Below the pieces are notes generated by a model, which saw only the letters and a program-made list of their open reading frames with translations, was not told the DNA's origin and did not search any database. From Eledone cirrhosa (lineage: Eukaryota), in NCBI GenBank assembly GCA_964016885.1, contig OZ024742.1:87296001-87360000 (forward strand): a stretch of 64,000 nt of DNA, given 5' to 3'. Positions 24,759-39,894 of the stretch are shown in pieces; position 1 is the first letter of the stretch; each line of letters starts with the position of its first letter. A program made the position numbers and the translations under genes.

Positions 24759-25184
24759 GATTATTATTATTTTTATTATTTATTATTATTAGTATTATCA
24801 TTATTGCTATTGTTAGAAGTGCTGTTTTCATGACACGAAAATCCCATCTGTTGTCATCTTTTACATTGTAATCAGTATGTATGTAATTGATGTAACTCTA
24901 TGAAATGTTCTCTCATGGTTGTCGTTTTTTTTTTAATTTAAAAGGACATTTAACGCATTTATTATGAAAGAAAATATACTTGGCTCGTTTTTACTGATAT
25001 GGCTGCAATATAACCGATTACTCCTGCTACAACTGTCGCTGTGCTACAGGTAACATGGTATAATGTACAGGGCTATGAATATATAATTCATTGTAAAATA
25101 ATATCAACTCATTACTCCAATAGTGGCCACGAATAACGCACACAAACATAAACTCACTCTTATATATATATGTATATATATATA

Positions 25185-26264
25185 ATATTATAATAACATG
25201 ACAGGATGCTGGACTTGTGTAAATACTGAAAGGTTTAGTATACTATGATCATTTCAATGACCGGGTACCGTATGAATCCGGTGATATCATCAGGTATTCG
25301 AAATATAATAAATGAATGTAATAGATAAAATACATGGGGCTGAAAATCATAGACCGGAGGACGACCGAACATCTAGCATCCTCCACTTTAGCCGGTCGCC
25401 CTCAAGTGCTGGCTATTCGGTCTAATTGAGGCTATCTGTTGAGGGGACCAAAGCTTATAGTGTTCTACTAACCTCCCGGTCAAACAGAAGAAAAACAGAA
25501 AGGTAGAGGAAGATAAGTCAGTGTTAATATCATGCTACAAGAAAAAACACAGAAAGAAAGAGGAAGAAAACGAAGAAGAAGAAAAGTCAGGTTACGAGGT
25601 TTAGGTAAATACATAATATTTTATGAAGAAACTTTAATAGTATTATAGAATAAAGATTATGTCCTTGTTTAGCAGTCAAACAGCATGCGGCGTCTAAAGA
25701 CTCCATCCAGCCCATCCAACCGCGTGTCAGCCATTCCGAGTTAGATCGCCTAGCGAAAGATAGGGATATCAATGTTTCCAAGCACTCTAGGAATGTATAT
25801 CAGGCTTCAGGTGCGCCAGTGGGAAGTTAGCCCTCGCCGTTAGGCTATCCGTGTACCAAACTAGTACTATTAATTTACCCAGGAGGGGGATTTGTTTAAG
25901 TAGAAGGAGGCATGATACATCTAATAGTTATGATTAGGGCTAGAATTTAAAGGTAATATATGGCGGTCAAAACTCGGCTGCACGCCGGGCCCTTGGGGCG
26001 AATCAAGCCTCTCCAAGTAATTTCATTTACCGCAAGAAGGGGTTATTTACGACCGGCTAAAGTGGAAGATGCTAGATGGTCGGTCGTCCTCCGGGCTATG
26101 ATTTTCAGCCCCATAGATGTTATAAATTACATTCATTTATTATATGTCGAATACCTGATGATATCACCGGATTCATACGGAACCCGGTCATTGTAATGAT
26201 CATGGTATAATAAACCTTTCAAGGATTTACACAAGTCCAGTCTCCTGTCATGTTATTATAATAT
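25185..26264. mobile_element. Non-autonomous element with ~214-bp inverted termini (25185-25398 / 26050-26264) carrying hammerheads
   Basis: Arms are reverse complements, ~650-bp non-coding interior, left end at a TA tract. Confidence 0.8.
25240..25297 (-). ncRNA. Minimal type-I hammerhead (mirror copy 26151-26208 has core mutations)
   Basis: ATAC CTGATGA T ATCACCGG..CCGGTCAT T GAAA TGATCA TA^GTAT. Palindromic ATGATCAT stem III. Confidence 0.8.
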
Positions 26265-26401
26265 TTAACACCGTACTAGCACCACCAAAAACGAAGACGG
26301 TTGAACTGCTTTACGTTGAGTACTCTTCATATTATTACATTAACATTGACCATACGGAATTGACCAGCTCTATCCAGTGGTGAACCTTCAAACCTGAATA
26401 A

Positions 26402-26476
<75 letters not shown>

Positions 26477-26664
26477 AATATGTTTCGAAACAGTGAGTAG
26501 GTTTGAAATTAGAAAATATAATAGCTTTCACAGTATCTTTTGACTAAATTAATTTTAGTCTGACAATAGGGTTTAACCGTCACATAAATGGAAAAAGATG
26601 AGTATTGACGTATATACACACACATACACACACACACAGACACACACACGCATACACACACGCA

Positions 26665-26701
<37 letters not shown>

Positions 26702-26704
<3 letters not shown>

Positions 26705-26849
26705 AATATCTGTAAGTCGTTTGGAAGCCTCGACAATGCAAATGGGTAAATCTCCGGGTAACAAGATCCGGTGGTGGAGAGAGATCTTGTTACTCGGGGA
26801 TTTACCCATTTGCATTGTCGAGGCTTCCAAACGACTTAAAGATATTTAC
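26702..26849. repeat. Near-perfect 67-bp-arm hairpin next to (TA)n
   Basis: 26702-26768 pairs with 26783-26849 with three differences. Confidence 0.85.
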
Positions 26850-26890
26850 TTATTATTCCACAATGCTTCAAGCAAACTTCAATACTCTCT

Positions 26891-26924
<34 letters not shown>

Positions 26925-26947
26925 ATATTATATATATGTATATATAT

Positions 26948-27069
<122 letters not shown>

Positions 27070-27647
27070 TGCAGTCGTCACTTTGAAGAAAGAATATGTA
27101 TATGTTTGTCTATCATTTCCTCATATTTTGTAATTTGATAAATAGCTCTGATTATCCAGTCATTTCAATTATTTTGATTATTTAAGACATTTCGGTGATC
27201 GAACAAAACAGGTTCATGCGGACATCACACACACAAACATTTACATATGTATAAATGTGTGTGTATTTCAATATCATATTGTCTCAAATTCTTCTGTGGT
27301 GTAGTTAGCCAGGGAGTTTTGTAACTGATTTTTCTAGCAAATACATTAATCATTCCCTGTTGAGCTTACTGCACGTGTGTGGTCACTGTGTTATGTATTA
27401 CTTTCTTCCTCCGACTCTTGAGATATTTTCATTTGCTACAAATTATACAGTCCAATTTCCTGAGATGTCTACTGAAAACTTTCACAAACATGATGCAGCT
27501 TTATAATGCACGAAGTTGCACAAGGTTTGGATTCACTGTTGTCGGGACTTTAAAGAAAATTAGGTATATCTCTGGCTATTATTTCCTCATTATATTCCCA
27601 TAGTTTGTAATCTGATATGTACATACATATATGCATATATACATACA

Positions 27648-27734
<87 letters not shown>

Positions 27735-27872
27735 CATATATATGTGAACTTATGTATATTTCCTCTGAATGTTTGTAAAACGTTTACATAGATGTATATG
27801 ATGTACATGCCAACACACATATATATCCTAGAAATGATCGTAAAATTATGTTTTTATTAATTATTTTTATTA

Positions 27873-27919
<47 letters not shown>

Positions 27920-27999
27920 TAAACGGAGAAGAACATGCTGACAAATTGTTCACAGTGAAAAATAGTTTAATTAGGAATAAGTGAAAGTTAGTAGTAGTA

Positions 28000-29690
28000 T
28001 TGGTTAGTATTCGGTTTTGGTTTTAAGTTTTACCGGTTGCGCATTTCTAATGCTTTTCAAAAATAATTTTGAGATAGAGTGCCCGTGATGTTTGCTCTAA
28101 TCTGATTAGTTTTGGAAATTCTACCTGTTTTATGTGAAAAAAGTGACTCAAGATGTATTAAAATAAGTTTCGGGCCGTTTCATGTTGCAAAAGTTATTGT
28201 GGTCAAAACAATTTTGATTGGTCGGTAGAAGTCATGTGAATGTTAAAAATTGATTTTGCGCCCAATATAGGTTTGTGTCTGCTGATTGAGAAGTCACTGA
28301 AAAATAAGTATTTCAAAACACATGTGTGTGTGTGTGTGTGTGTAGTAGTAGCAAAGAGGTTCGTTGTTGTGATAATGGTCAGCAGGGATGTGTGTGCGAA
28401 CCGAAGCCTGTTGAAGTTCAAATGCCTATTAAGACAGAGTGATCCGTGGTAGGGGGATGGTCAGTAGGAATGTGTCTGTAAGTGCGTGGGGGATATTTTA
28501 ACATGTTAAAATATATTTTTCAGCTCTTGTCTTATACGGAGAAGTGTGTGTGTATGTGTGTGTGTATGTATGTCTCTGTGTATGTTAATGCACGCGTGTG
28601 TATGTGTGTGTGTATATATGTGCGTGTGCGTATATATGTGTGTCTGTGTGTGTGTATGGGTGGACCAGTATTTTTGTGATACTGGTAAAATGGGGTACAT
28701 TATTCGATATTTTCAGTAAAAACGATTCTCTCAATAGAACATCAAAAACCTTAATAATAAAAGGTGTGAAATGATATATAGTATTGGCATAATACCAAGG
28801 TGTGTGTGAATGTCCAGATTGTACGTACTGCAAGGGGAATCCATTAGGGTTTGCCGTATTGGAATACTTGTGTACAAATATGTATGTGCCCATCAGTGTG
28901 CAATGCATGTGTGCGTTTATATATGTGTGTGCGTCGGCACGTTTATATCTATAGACATCAAAAGGTATGCAAATTTGTGTATATAACCTGTGTGTTTACG
29001 TATGTCATTGTGTTTATATGTGGATAGAGATGTATGCTGATGTAGGTATGTATGGTGACGTGTGTGTGTTGTGGGTTCGTCTTAGGGAGAAGTGTTTATA
29101 CGGGGTCCGTATTTGTTAATAAAATTAGATTCCTTGCTGATGCGCTGGGTGTGGGTGGCATTATATTTAAATTTGTAGAGGGGAAAGATTCTGAAGTTGG
29201 GGTGATTTTGGGCGGTACAGGTATCAATGTGTTCACTCAGTGGTATTTTCCTGTATTCCCATATTTTAATTTGGGATCTATGGACAGTCATGCGTTGGCG
29301 GAGCCTGGTTTTGGTCTGGCGTATGTATTGTTCTCGACAACCTGAGCAAGTTAATACATATATTAGATTTTCTGATGCGTATGTGAAATTGTGTTTTATT
29401 ATAAAACATTGTCCTTCTTTGAAATAGCATTCCGAACCCTCTATTAGGTTGATGCTTATGCCACAGTTGGGTCTATCGCATTTCTTTACTGTGGGTTTCG
29501 TTGTTGTGGTTGGCAGTACTTTAGCATGTGTTAGGATGTTTTTCATTGACTTACATTGTCTTTTGCTCTTTATGATATCGTGTGTTCGTAGGATATGGTT
29601 AATTCTATGGTCCTTTTTCAACACAGGGATGTTCTGGAGGATGGCGTCAAAGGCTTCATTGTTGAGGGGTTGTGTGTGGAGATGTATGGA
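28000..29690 (-). mobile_element. 3' part of a third Penelope-like family (GIY-YIG, 3' UTR/pseudo-LTR with decayed hammerhead at ~28028-28064)
   Basis: ORF 29082-29624: CDRPNCG...NLIYVLTCSGCREQYIRQT...HRSQI. Minus strand TTGAAAA GCATT..AATGC GCAA CCGG TA is a hammerhead with three core substitutions. Confidence 0.8.
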
Positions 29691-29767
29691 AGAGATAGTA
29701 TATGTATATATATATATATATATACATATAGTATCTCTCTCTCTGTCTGTCTCTGTCTCTCTCTCTC

Positions 29768-29861
<94 letters not shown>

Positions 29862-29934
29862 TAACATATTAAAGTTTAAGCAAATAATTGTTTTCGAGCC
29901 ATCTTTGGATTTTAGTCTTCAAATTTAGTATTAT

Positions 29935-30044
<110 letters not shown>

Positions 30045-31478
30045 ACATACAGAGATACAGAGATAGAGAGACATTATATTAAATTATACAATTAAACAGG
30101 CAACCACGGCGTTCAGATTCTGGATCCAGCAATGGTCAGCATTGAATATTGGAAGAGTCGATCTAAAACTTTCCTCTATCCTATCTCGTTAGTAGCAAGA
30201 AATTGGTCACATAATAGTGTTACTTTAAGAATAGTTCGTAATGAATTTCAGTCCAAAACAAAGAGGCACGCATCAGACTTAATAGTTCATATACGTACAA
30301 CAACGTAATGGACATGTAGGACATGAAATACTCCACCAAGTATATACAAATATCAACAAACTTCCTGTAGTCTGAAATGATTCTTGAGTGTGGATGATAT
30401 AGTACAAAGATTAAGATGTATGTATATACGCTTTGACGTATAAATGGCCACTGAAAAAGTCGGCTTAATGCCAATGAAATATCCACACAGATAGGCAGAT
30501 TTCGAAGCAGACCACTTAAATTTAGTTGCCAACATTAAATTTTCTAAGTACCGTAACCCCTCCAAAAACCCCCATCAATGCCCACTAATCACACCTGCCA
30601 TATCCCACAAAACCCTACTTATTCTCACCTATATACGCGAAAAATGCATTTGTATACACCACATCAGGTAGATCTACGTATTTGTGAGTGTCAGGGTTTT
30701 AATGTTAACTCCCAAAATTAACGAAGATCGTTCGGAGGTTCTGCAATGACATTTACAATGGAAAGCAACTCTCAGAAGAGGGCCGTATAATACTTTTCTC
30801 CAGTCTGAAACAAAGTTGATATGCGCTTCTGAGAAAATTACAAATAGATATTTCTCACTCATGGTGCCTCCAAAATATACAATAGTTGTTTGCTGAACAG
30901 AATCCATCCACTCATTGACGCAGGTCATCATCCGAATCAAAACGTTTTACAAAATATTTGATCCCTTATATCACACCTTCTTGCTTTATCTAGAACCGTC
31001 GAGAATACTAAGAATTAGGTCATTGAAGAAGTTTTATTTCTTTTTAAATGATTTTTTAATTCCGTAAAGTCTTTTATTCAGTTACCAAATATTACCTGAT
31101 TATTGAAGCTTAGGAAATTCCTCCTTACGTATTTTTCAAACTTTGGTCGAAAGAATTTTACTATATGTTTCAGAATATTGTCCAGTCAGTGTCACTTGCA
31201 AACAGATAATTGCCAAGTTATGATGTTCAACAATTTGTGACAAAATCACACTACACATTTCTGTACGGTGATCTGCTTCTCTGGTCGCCAGATGCAAAGC
31301 GCCGAGTCGAATGTCAAAACATAACCAATTTGTCCATTTCTCAATATTTATGGTGGGTAATTTTCTTCCTTGGCTATATAAAGATGAATTAGGTTCAATA
31401 TAAGCTCCCTTGTAATAGATAAATCATTGTTTTCCTTGGCTTTTTATACAGATAACCTGTATACAAATACACGCACAC

Positions 31479-31550
<72 letters not shown>

Positions 31551-31579
31551 GTGGTTACACAACAATTAGTTCACATTAC

Positions 31580-31617
31580 CGAGAACAAATGTTTCACCTT
31601 AGCGGATCCTCAGCTCG
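31580..31617 (-). ncRNA. Minimal hammerhead motif
   Basis: CGAG CTGAGGA T CC gctaa GG T GAAA CATTTG TT^CTCG. Confidence 0.7.
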
Positions 31618-31669
31618 TAATGGACATGGTTATACGTGATGGACATGTTCCGTATAAACATGTCCATTA

Positions 31670-31707
31670 CGAGCTGAGGATCCGGTAGGGTGAAATATCT
31701 GTTCTCG
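31670..31707 (+). ncRNA. Minimal hammerhead motif (mirror copy)
   Basis: CGAG CTGAGGA T CC ggtag GG T GAAA TATCTG TT^CTCG. Confidence 0.65.
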
Positions 31708-31772
31708 GTATGGTGAATTAACTCTTGTGTAACCACTTCTAACTAACTCGTCTCATGGACTGAGTGCTCTAC

Positions 31773-31840
<68 letters not shown>

Positions 31841-33966
31841 GTGTGTCTGTGTCTGTGTATGTATGTGTGTGCATGTGTGTCTGTGTGTTTGCGTGTGTGC
31901 ATATGTGAGTGTGTGTGAGTGTCTGTCTGTGTATGTGTGTCTGTGTAGGTAAATATATATTTCCTTCCTGGGAATATAAACGTCTCACCATATTACGTAA
32001 GTTTTACACATGCATTCAAAGTAACCTAATATGTGTTGCATAGTGATACATAGGGATGTTTATGTACCTATTTACTTATATCTCACGTAATATCAATAAA
32101 TCTATATGCATTAAGTTTTTCCCTCATCTATACCCCTCCTCCCGTTCTACCCTCGCAGAGAATCATACAATTTAGAGCTTATCCTGTGATTATCTGCTGT
32201 AAAAAAAAAAAATGTATTCACTATAATGTCTACTTTGTACGACGCAAATAAACTATATCTATGTAGATTAAACGGATATTGTATGAAGCACTTGGATTTT
32301 AATTTGCATGCCGACAGTAATATAAGGGAAAATTCGAGATATTATCGTAAATATGTTTAGCATCATTTATGTGGAGCCAAATAGTCTGTTCCTAATACAC
32401 GTTGTTGTAGATTATCTTTAGCATACTTATCTTTTTGTTCAATGAAACACCTGACAAGGTGAGCTTTTGCTGGAAACGGTATAATGTATTTTCTCAAATG
32501 ATTCCACAAGGCCTTTGTATATATATCTATGATTTCGTACGTTTTCAATTACCGGGGATCATCCTTCTTGAATATTTTTAATCCTTTGACGACCCAGTCA
32601 TTTCGGTAATGGTGTCAACGATAAAACCATCACAAATACGTTCAGTTAGTTTTACAATGATATATACTTTAATGGTCAGCCGAGTAAAAATTCGAACAAT
32701 GAAGCACACGTATACTTTCGCAGTATAAGATTCACCTTCCAATTGTCAGTTGAATGTGAATTAACGATCGAATATTGCTCTAGTGACTCTTCAATTTGTT
32801 CAGATAAATATATATAAATGGTTCAAAGTATATTCAATTATGGACTCAGGTTGACAGTCGAAGGTGCATTTACTTTCTGACTGCAATGAATACACAACAT
32901 TCCTTTCTACACTTGATATACTTTAATCCAAACATATGCACACTTTCAGATATCTAGGAAAAGTTAACTGACTAAACTCAAATCTATATCCATTGTAGCT
33001 TTAGACGAAACAATTAGCGTTCAACATCCGCAAAATCTAGGTGTGTTTCTTCAATAATCATGTATGCCTAGGCGAGAAGGAAAATGATTTCTTTGTATGG
33101 GAATAGGAGTACATGCTGAATTAATTTGTGTTCTGTATTTCAGACGTAAATCACATGACCTCACTTCTGACATATACATTCCATTTTAATGGTTCTTATC
33201 TAAAATAGATTCAGCCATCTTACAGATAATTCTAACATGTGTTAAAAAATGCAAATTCTGCAAGAGAAACTTAAAGAAACCATAACAAATTCTTAGATTT
33301 CGACAAACAATGATAATCGCTAATAAATGAGCCTAAACCTATTTATTTGAGTTTATTATCAGCAAAAATATCCTGACATATTACATTTCTACCTACAAGA
33401 TGATAAATTATTTTCCAAACGGTCATTTAATATGCTTGCAATAACAGCTAATATCAGCATATGTCTACTGGCAGACGATGGGAAAGTCAGGTATAAATTA
33501 TACAAAACAGTTTGAAGCACATTTCTATATTTTATGAAGATCCATGTCATTTATTATTTACAATAATAACGTGGTAAAGAAACACACTACCATGTGAATA
33601 TATGTACCACACGCATGTAAACATCGCATATACTCATACATATAAAACGTAATCATATACACTCAAGCGTGCTCTCAAACGTGCATTTTTCAATTGTTAG
33701 GATCAATGTTTTCATTGATGTTGAAAAAGATTATCAATAGCAAATTTCCTTCGCTGTTAAAATTTCTCGTTTTATTTCCATTTATATTACACATTTCGAC
33801 GTAATTAAATATTGGAACAGAACCATGTGCTGAGATAAATCTTGGAAATAGTTCATGTTGTATGTTTACACGAACAACACAGTTGTAGTGGACCAATACA
33901 TAAAACGAGACAATTATTTATAAAAATATTGAACGACCGTATCCAGAATACGCTGTAACATAAGCC

Positions 33967-34110
33967 TGCACAAATCACATGCTGACATTGACGACGATTT
34001 AACTTTGGACATGTTATTCATGTAAACCCATGTAAGTTCCAAAATTTCATATATATTTATATATATGAATAACATGTCCAATCGTCGTCAATGTTAGCAT
34101 GTGATTTGTG
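33967..34110. repeat. ~50-bp inverted repeat adjacent to (TA)n
   Basis: gcacaaatcacatgctgacattgacgacga...ttggacatgttattcat / atgaataacatgtccaatcgtcgtcaatgttagcatgtgatttgtgc. Confidence 0.8.
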
Positions 34111-34113
34111 CAT

Positions 34114-34164
<51 letters not shown>

Positions 34165-36043
34165 ATCCCTAAAGTTTCATTCAACCTTTATTATAGGAAT
34201 TGATAATACAAAGGCGATGGTAATAGTGCATGTTATTTATTAATAAATGTAGAATATCAGCTATGGCTGCCTTAAAATTCGGGATTCTCTTCTGTACTCA
34301 CATATTTTGAATTATCTTTAACAGTTCTAGATCCAAAAATACACGATCCTCATGTCACCTCCAGCTTTCCAATTCAAATCATCAAACAAGTTGAGGGAAT
34401 GTAACATCTTGTACCACCATATGACCCGTTTGTCTTGTTTGAATAATCCACAAACATATCTGGTTTCTCATTGCCAACATCCAAAGGGACTGCCTTTTAG
34501 ATGTAAATAATGCCATCAATGAATAACCCACCAATCTATTTTGACATCTGAGGAAATTCCAAGTACCATCATCTAATCAGAAATGTTCATGAAATAAGCC
34601 AAATCCAGTTCATCATAGGTATCCACATAACCAACATATTTATTCGTTCGGTCCCTGAATGCTTTTGTATCCGTTTCTTGAGCTGAGACATCAAATAATC
34701 AAATATCCGTTATATATACATCATTTACATCCCGCTCAAACCCTCTCACAAAAAAAGGATCACATTACATATCCTTATATTTAGCATATAGCGATTATGT
34801 TGTAGCTCAAAATCTATATGTTGATTTCATTTTCAAATTTGTACCCCAAAATTACCTAAAATCACCATAAATAACGCTTGCTAAATAAATTACGTGTTCA
34901 TTTTGTCATGAATCGTTGTCACTTGAAATGAGTATCATATGCTTTGAAATATAATTTTAGTTTTCAATATTGTGAAGACAACGAGGATTCAAATCATGTA
35001 GAGCCTAGAATTACTGCTGTAAAAAAAGGCGATGTGGATGGCATTCTTCACTCTAGTTTAAACTATTGTACACTGTGTATTCGACACGTTATATTTTGAA
35101 ATATTCAATTCATCTAAATCACAGAAATAGGAGAATCGTCCTTCAATCAATATATTTGTTTTCTCTAAATATTTTTATTTATTTAAATTTCCTCTTAAAG
35201 TCCTTACATTATCTTCTCAATAATATGTTTCATTCCTAATTGGAAATTGTTTTCGTTTTTGTTTTACTTCTGTGTGAGAAAACTATTTCGTCGTACTTTT
35301 ATTTATACTGAGAAATATTTAAAGCTCCATATATTCATACGATTTATTAGCGTTTATATTCATAAATATAACATCGTATGAATCTTAAAGATGTTTTTGA
35401 AAGATATTGATTATATAAGAGTACTCTAAATGCAGCTATTGGAAAGCAACTCTGAATGCAAATTCGCTCTCACAGCAGTGAAGGATTTCCTTTCAATTAA
35501 AGATGTTTGACGTTAATTGAAACAAACAAGCATATACGCATGAATGCTATATCAGTTGTATAGGTTGCATACAGCAAATAGGAGGATTTACTGGGAACAA
35601 AGCGAGTAAATAGTTTAGTCAATAACAACAGAACGAAATATAAGCGGACTTCACATGCAAAAATAATTCTAAAGTAAAAATAAACATCGCTAATATTACA
35701 AAAAATAGAATAAAATAATAGCAGAGGCTACAATAAATTGACCAGATATCGAGAGCAAAATTACCTTACACCTGCAGACCTGCTTGCATACACAATCACA
35801 CACAAATATACATACGCACGCACACACACACACACGCGCATAAACACATATATATACTTTCACATAAGCACAGACTTATGTATAAAGAAGAGCATGCAAA
35901 CGCTCGCATATACATATATATAGAGAATCATATATAGATGTTAGTATATACAGATTTTAGCAACAATAACATATTAAAAGGATACCGCGACTTTTGTCTC
36001 CTGTTATTTTAATGAAATTATATATATATATATATATATATAT

Positions 36044-36236
36044 AGGAAAATGTATGACACCGACGGCAGAGCTCCAGCCGTTTCGACGGCTATTTCTTGA
36101 CTGTCCAGAAACAGCCTTCGGATCGGCTTGAGCTCTGACGTCGGGGTCATACATTGTCCTATTACCCTATTACCCACTCTACTACCCTAAGTGGTATGTT
36201 ATGGTCCATCTGGTTCCTGACCACAACTCCTGGGTT
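36044..36236 (-). repeat. Second copy of the TA-embedded hairpin family
   Basis: ~54-bp stem at 36044-36160 plus a leader homologous to 18448-18530. Confidence 0.7.
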
Positions 36237-37178
36237 ATATATATATCAAATGGCTCAACACTGATATATGAAATAAATGTCATCTTGAGCATGGATAAAC
36301 AGGGTAATGAAGAACGATGAAATATTGACATATGCACATCTTACATGCCCTCACACATGTATGCTAAGTAGATATATAAAATAGAAGCAGCTTAAGAAAA
36401 CGGCTGATATGAAGAAAAAAACAACATTTATTTCTCCGCTCCCCCAAATATACTCATAAAAATGACCATTCAAATTGACTATTCGCATAGTTGCAGATAA
36501 ATCAACTTGGATGGTTATTATAGTATCATGTTTTTCTCCTGAAGATTGTTCGACAGGAATAAGGAAAATCACAGAGATACTCATGGAAATGATTACCATG
36601 ACACATACGCTGATTTGCTATGTTTCCTATTTAATGAAATGTTCAATGAGAAGTAATACAAGAATGTTACTCATTGCATATCAAATATAAAACGTTCTAC
36701 ACCTCTTTCCCATCGATATAAAAGTTAATAAGAATTAACAAACGAAAATAGAATGAAAAGAAAAACAGTAGCTGAAATTATCGGAATTAATCATGTATTT
36801 CTACTGCAGAAAGTGCCACGTGGTTTAACCAGAGATTGTATATTCAGATCAAGTTTGAATATAGATTATTAGTCAGACAATTTCAAATTATTTACAATTC
36901 CTCTATATACATAGGCAAGAAAGTGTTAAAGCTAAGGGACCATATGATACAATGTAGTGTAAAATAGGCGCCATGTACTCGTAGCACTAATCTATTTCTC
37001 TGTAAAACAAACTCAATTCGGGAAGAGAGCTGTAAACAAGATGTTATCGGGGTTCTGCCGCAGAATGACTATTTTCGGTTGTTTAAATGTGTTATTTACT
37101 AAGTGTGCCTAGAATTATACACACAGTCACATACACGTGCAAACACACACATACACACACATATACACCCCTCCATCA

Positions 37179-37680
<502 letters not shown>

Positions 37681-38153
37681 TAACTGTATGTATGCATGCA
37701 TTTATAAATATATGTATGATTTTATATAGTTCATGCGTTGGCGTGTGACTTTGTCAATATATACTAATATATTATCCTTAGAAAGATGAAATTATCAGAA
37801 AATCTCCAGATAAGGGATTAAATAATCCGTGTAGTGTGCTGAAGAAAAAATTTTTAACTTTGCTGGAGCGTAATCTACAGAAAGATTTCTAAAGCGGAAA
37901 GTAAATAGAAGGTGTAAGAAAATGCCGAAATTTGATAATATGCGGGGTTTTATGCATAGAAACGAATGCAATGGGATCTAAAATTTGGTTGTTCAAGAAT
38001 TCACTTAGAAGGCGATATAGAGAATGGAGGAGAGGGAGTGTAAAATGATAACAAATATAATATAAACGACACCAACCTGAATAGAAACATACCAACACAC
38101 ATACACATACTGTATATATATATATATATACACATGTATTTAATATGTATATA

Positions 38154-38333
38154 GTTGTTTCTACTTTAGGCCAGCAATTACCCAGTGCATTACGGATACT
38201 TTATTTTTATCGACCCCGTAAGGATGAAAGGTGAAGTCAACCTCGGCGGGATTTGAACTCAGATCGTAAAGGGATGTAACTATGCTGGAAAGCATGACGT
38301 CCGATCCTCTACCGATACTGCCACTCCACCACC
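38154..38333 (-). mobile_element. tRNA-derived SINE
   Basis: Same family as 6765-6950. Confidence 0.85.
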
Positions 38334-38443
38334 CTATGTAATATAATAGTTAATATCTGTGTGTGTAAGTACATATATATTTATACATACATATATACAT
38401 ACGTATATACATACACACATATGTATACATACTTGTATATACA

Positions 38444-38528
<85 letters not shown>

Positions 38529-38924
38529 ATACATGCCTCCTCTGTGTCTATGTGTTTGCATGAAGGATAAGTAAATGTATGAGAATGATGTCCTTTTGTG
38601 AGTATAGTATATTGGCAAATGTAATCAAATTCGGTTCATGTCTGGAATCTCAATTAGAGCATCCAATACATAGCCGTTCAATAACAAGGCAGATGATTGG
38701 TTTATTGCACTATTACTGACCTTCAGTAGCTTTCTTTGTACATACTGCATCCAGTATACATCGATTATTATACTATTGGCGCCAACCTATTCTCATATTT
38801 GAAGAAGTTTAGAATATAACACTTTCTTTCTCATGTGGTCTATACTTTCCTTTGTAATATGTTAATTATCATTATTATCGTGGTTGTTTGTGTTATTATT
38901 ATTATTACTTGTTATTCTTATCAC

Positions 38925-39870
38925 TATTATTCTTTGAGATTCAGTCATTGATGTTATTTAACTGGAACGTTTATTTAAATGAATATCAAGCCGCTACCTG
39001 CAGCTTCAGATATTCAGAACATATCGGAGGGTACTTGCTGCACCCAGCTAGCATGCCTTTTGAAGTGTTCCAAAACCGGGCTGAACGAATGTTCTCTAAC
39101 CATCTTTAAGATAGTATCTAATACCTCTATGACAATCGGGAGGATCTTCATCACATGACAGTCCCGAACCGTTTTCAACTCCAACTTATTATTATTATTG
39201 TTCTTTGAATCTCAGTCATTGATATTATTTAACTGGAAAGTTTGTTGAAATGAATATCAAGGCGCTACCTGCAGCCTCAGATATTCAGGACGTATCGGAG
39301 GGTTTGTACTGTTCCCAGCAAGCATGCCTTTTGAAGTGTTCCAAAAAATAAGGCTGGACTAATCTTCTTTAACCATCCGTAGAAACTCTTTCAGATAGTA
39401 CCTAGTGCGCCTATGACAATCGAGACGACCTTGATTTCATGACAGTTCCAAATCCCTTTTAACTCCCACTTTAAGTCCTGGTATCTGTTAATGTTAATGC
39501 CTCTACTTTTCTTGCACTCTCGTGTCAAATGTGTAGGCTACATCTACAATGAGGCACGATCTTTTTTCCTTGTCCAAAACAACCAGATCAGGCCTACTGT
39601 GTTCTAATTTCTTGTGAGTCTGTATCCCAAAATCCCTAGCACTTTCACCTGATCGTTTTCAATCACCGCCTCTGGCTTATACTCAAACCACTTCTCTGAA
39701 TGTGATACATTGTTTACTTTGCATAGATGCCAGTGGATCACCCTGCCTCTATCATATCATGTATACAGTCTTTATAGTGAGTCTTGGCTAGGTGTTTACA
39801 CTGGGATACAATGTGAGCCACGGACTCCTCTCTCTCTCTCTCCACAGATCCTACAGAGCGAGCAAGCCTC
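38925..39870 (-). mobile_element. Two old, diverged 3' fragments of Dong family B (38925-39185; 39198-39870)
   Basis: Degenerate family B 3' UTR and RLE sequence, each preceded by TTA repeats. Confidence 0.8.
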
Positions 39871-39894
39871 TATTATTATTATTATTATTATTAT

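Larger units (their letters stand above)
31546..31741. mobile_element. Fold-back element (~90-bp arms) with hammerheads, between (TA)n tracts
   Basis: 31546-31636 pairs with 31651-31741. Confidence 0.8.

Noticed and set aside
30674-30940. Possible transposase or exon remnants here and at 34320-34700
   Set aside because: No recognisable motifs or convincing splice-site pairs by eye.
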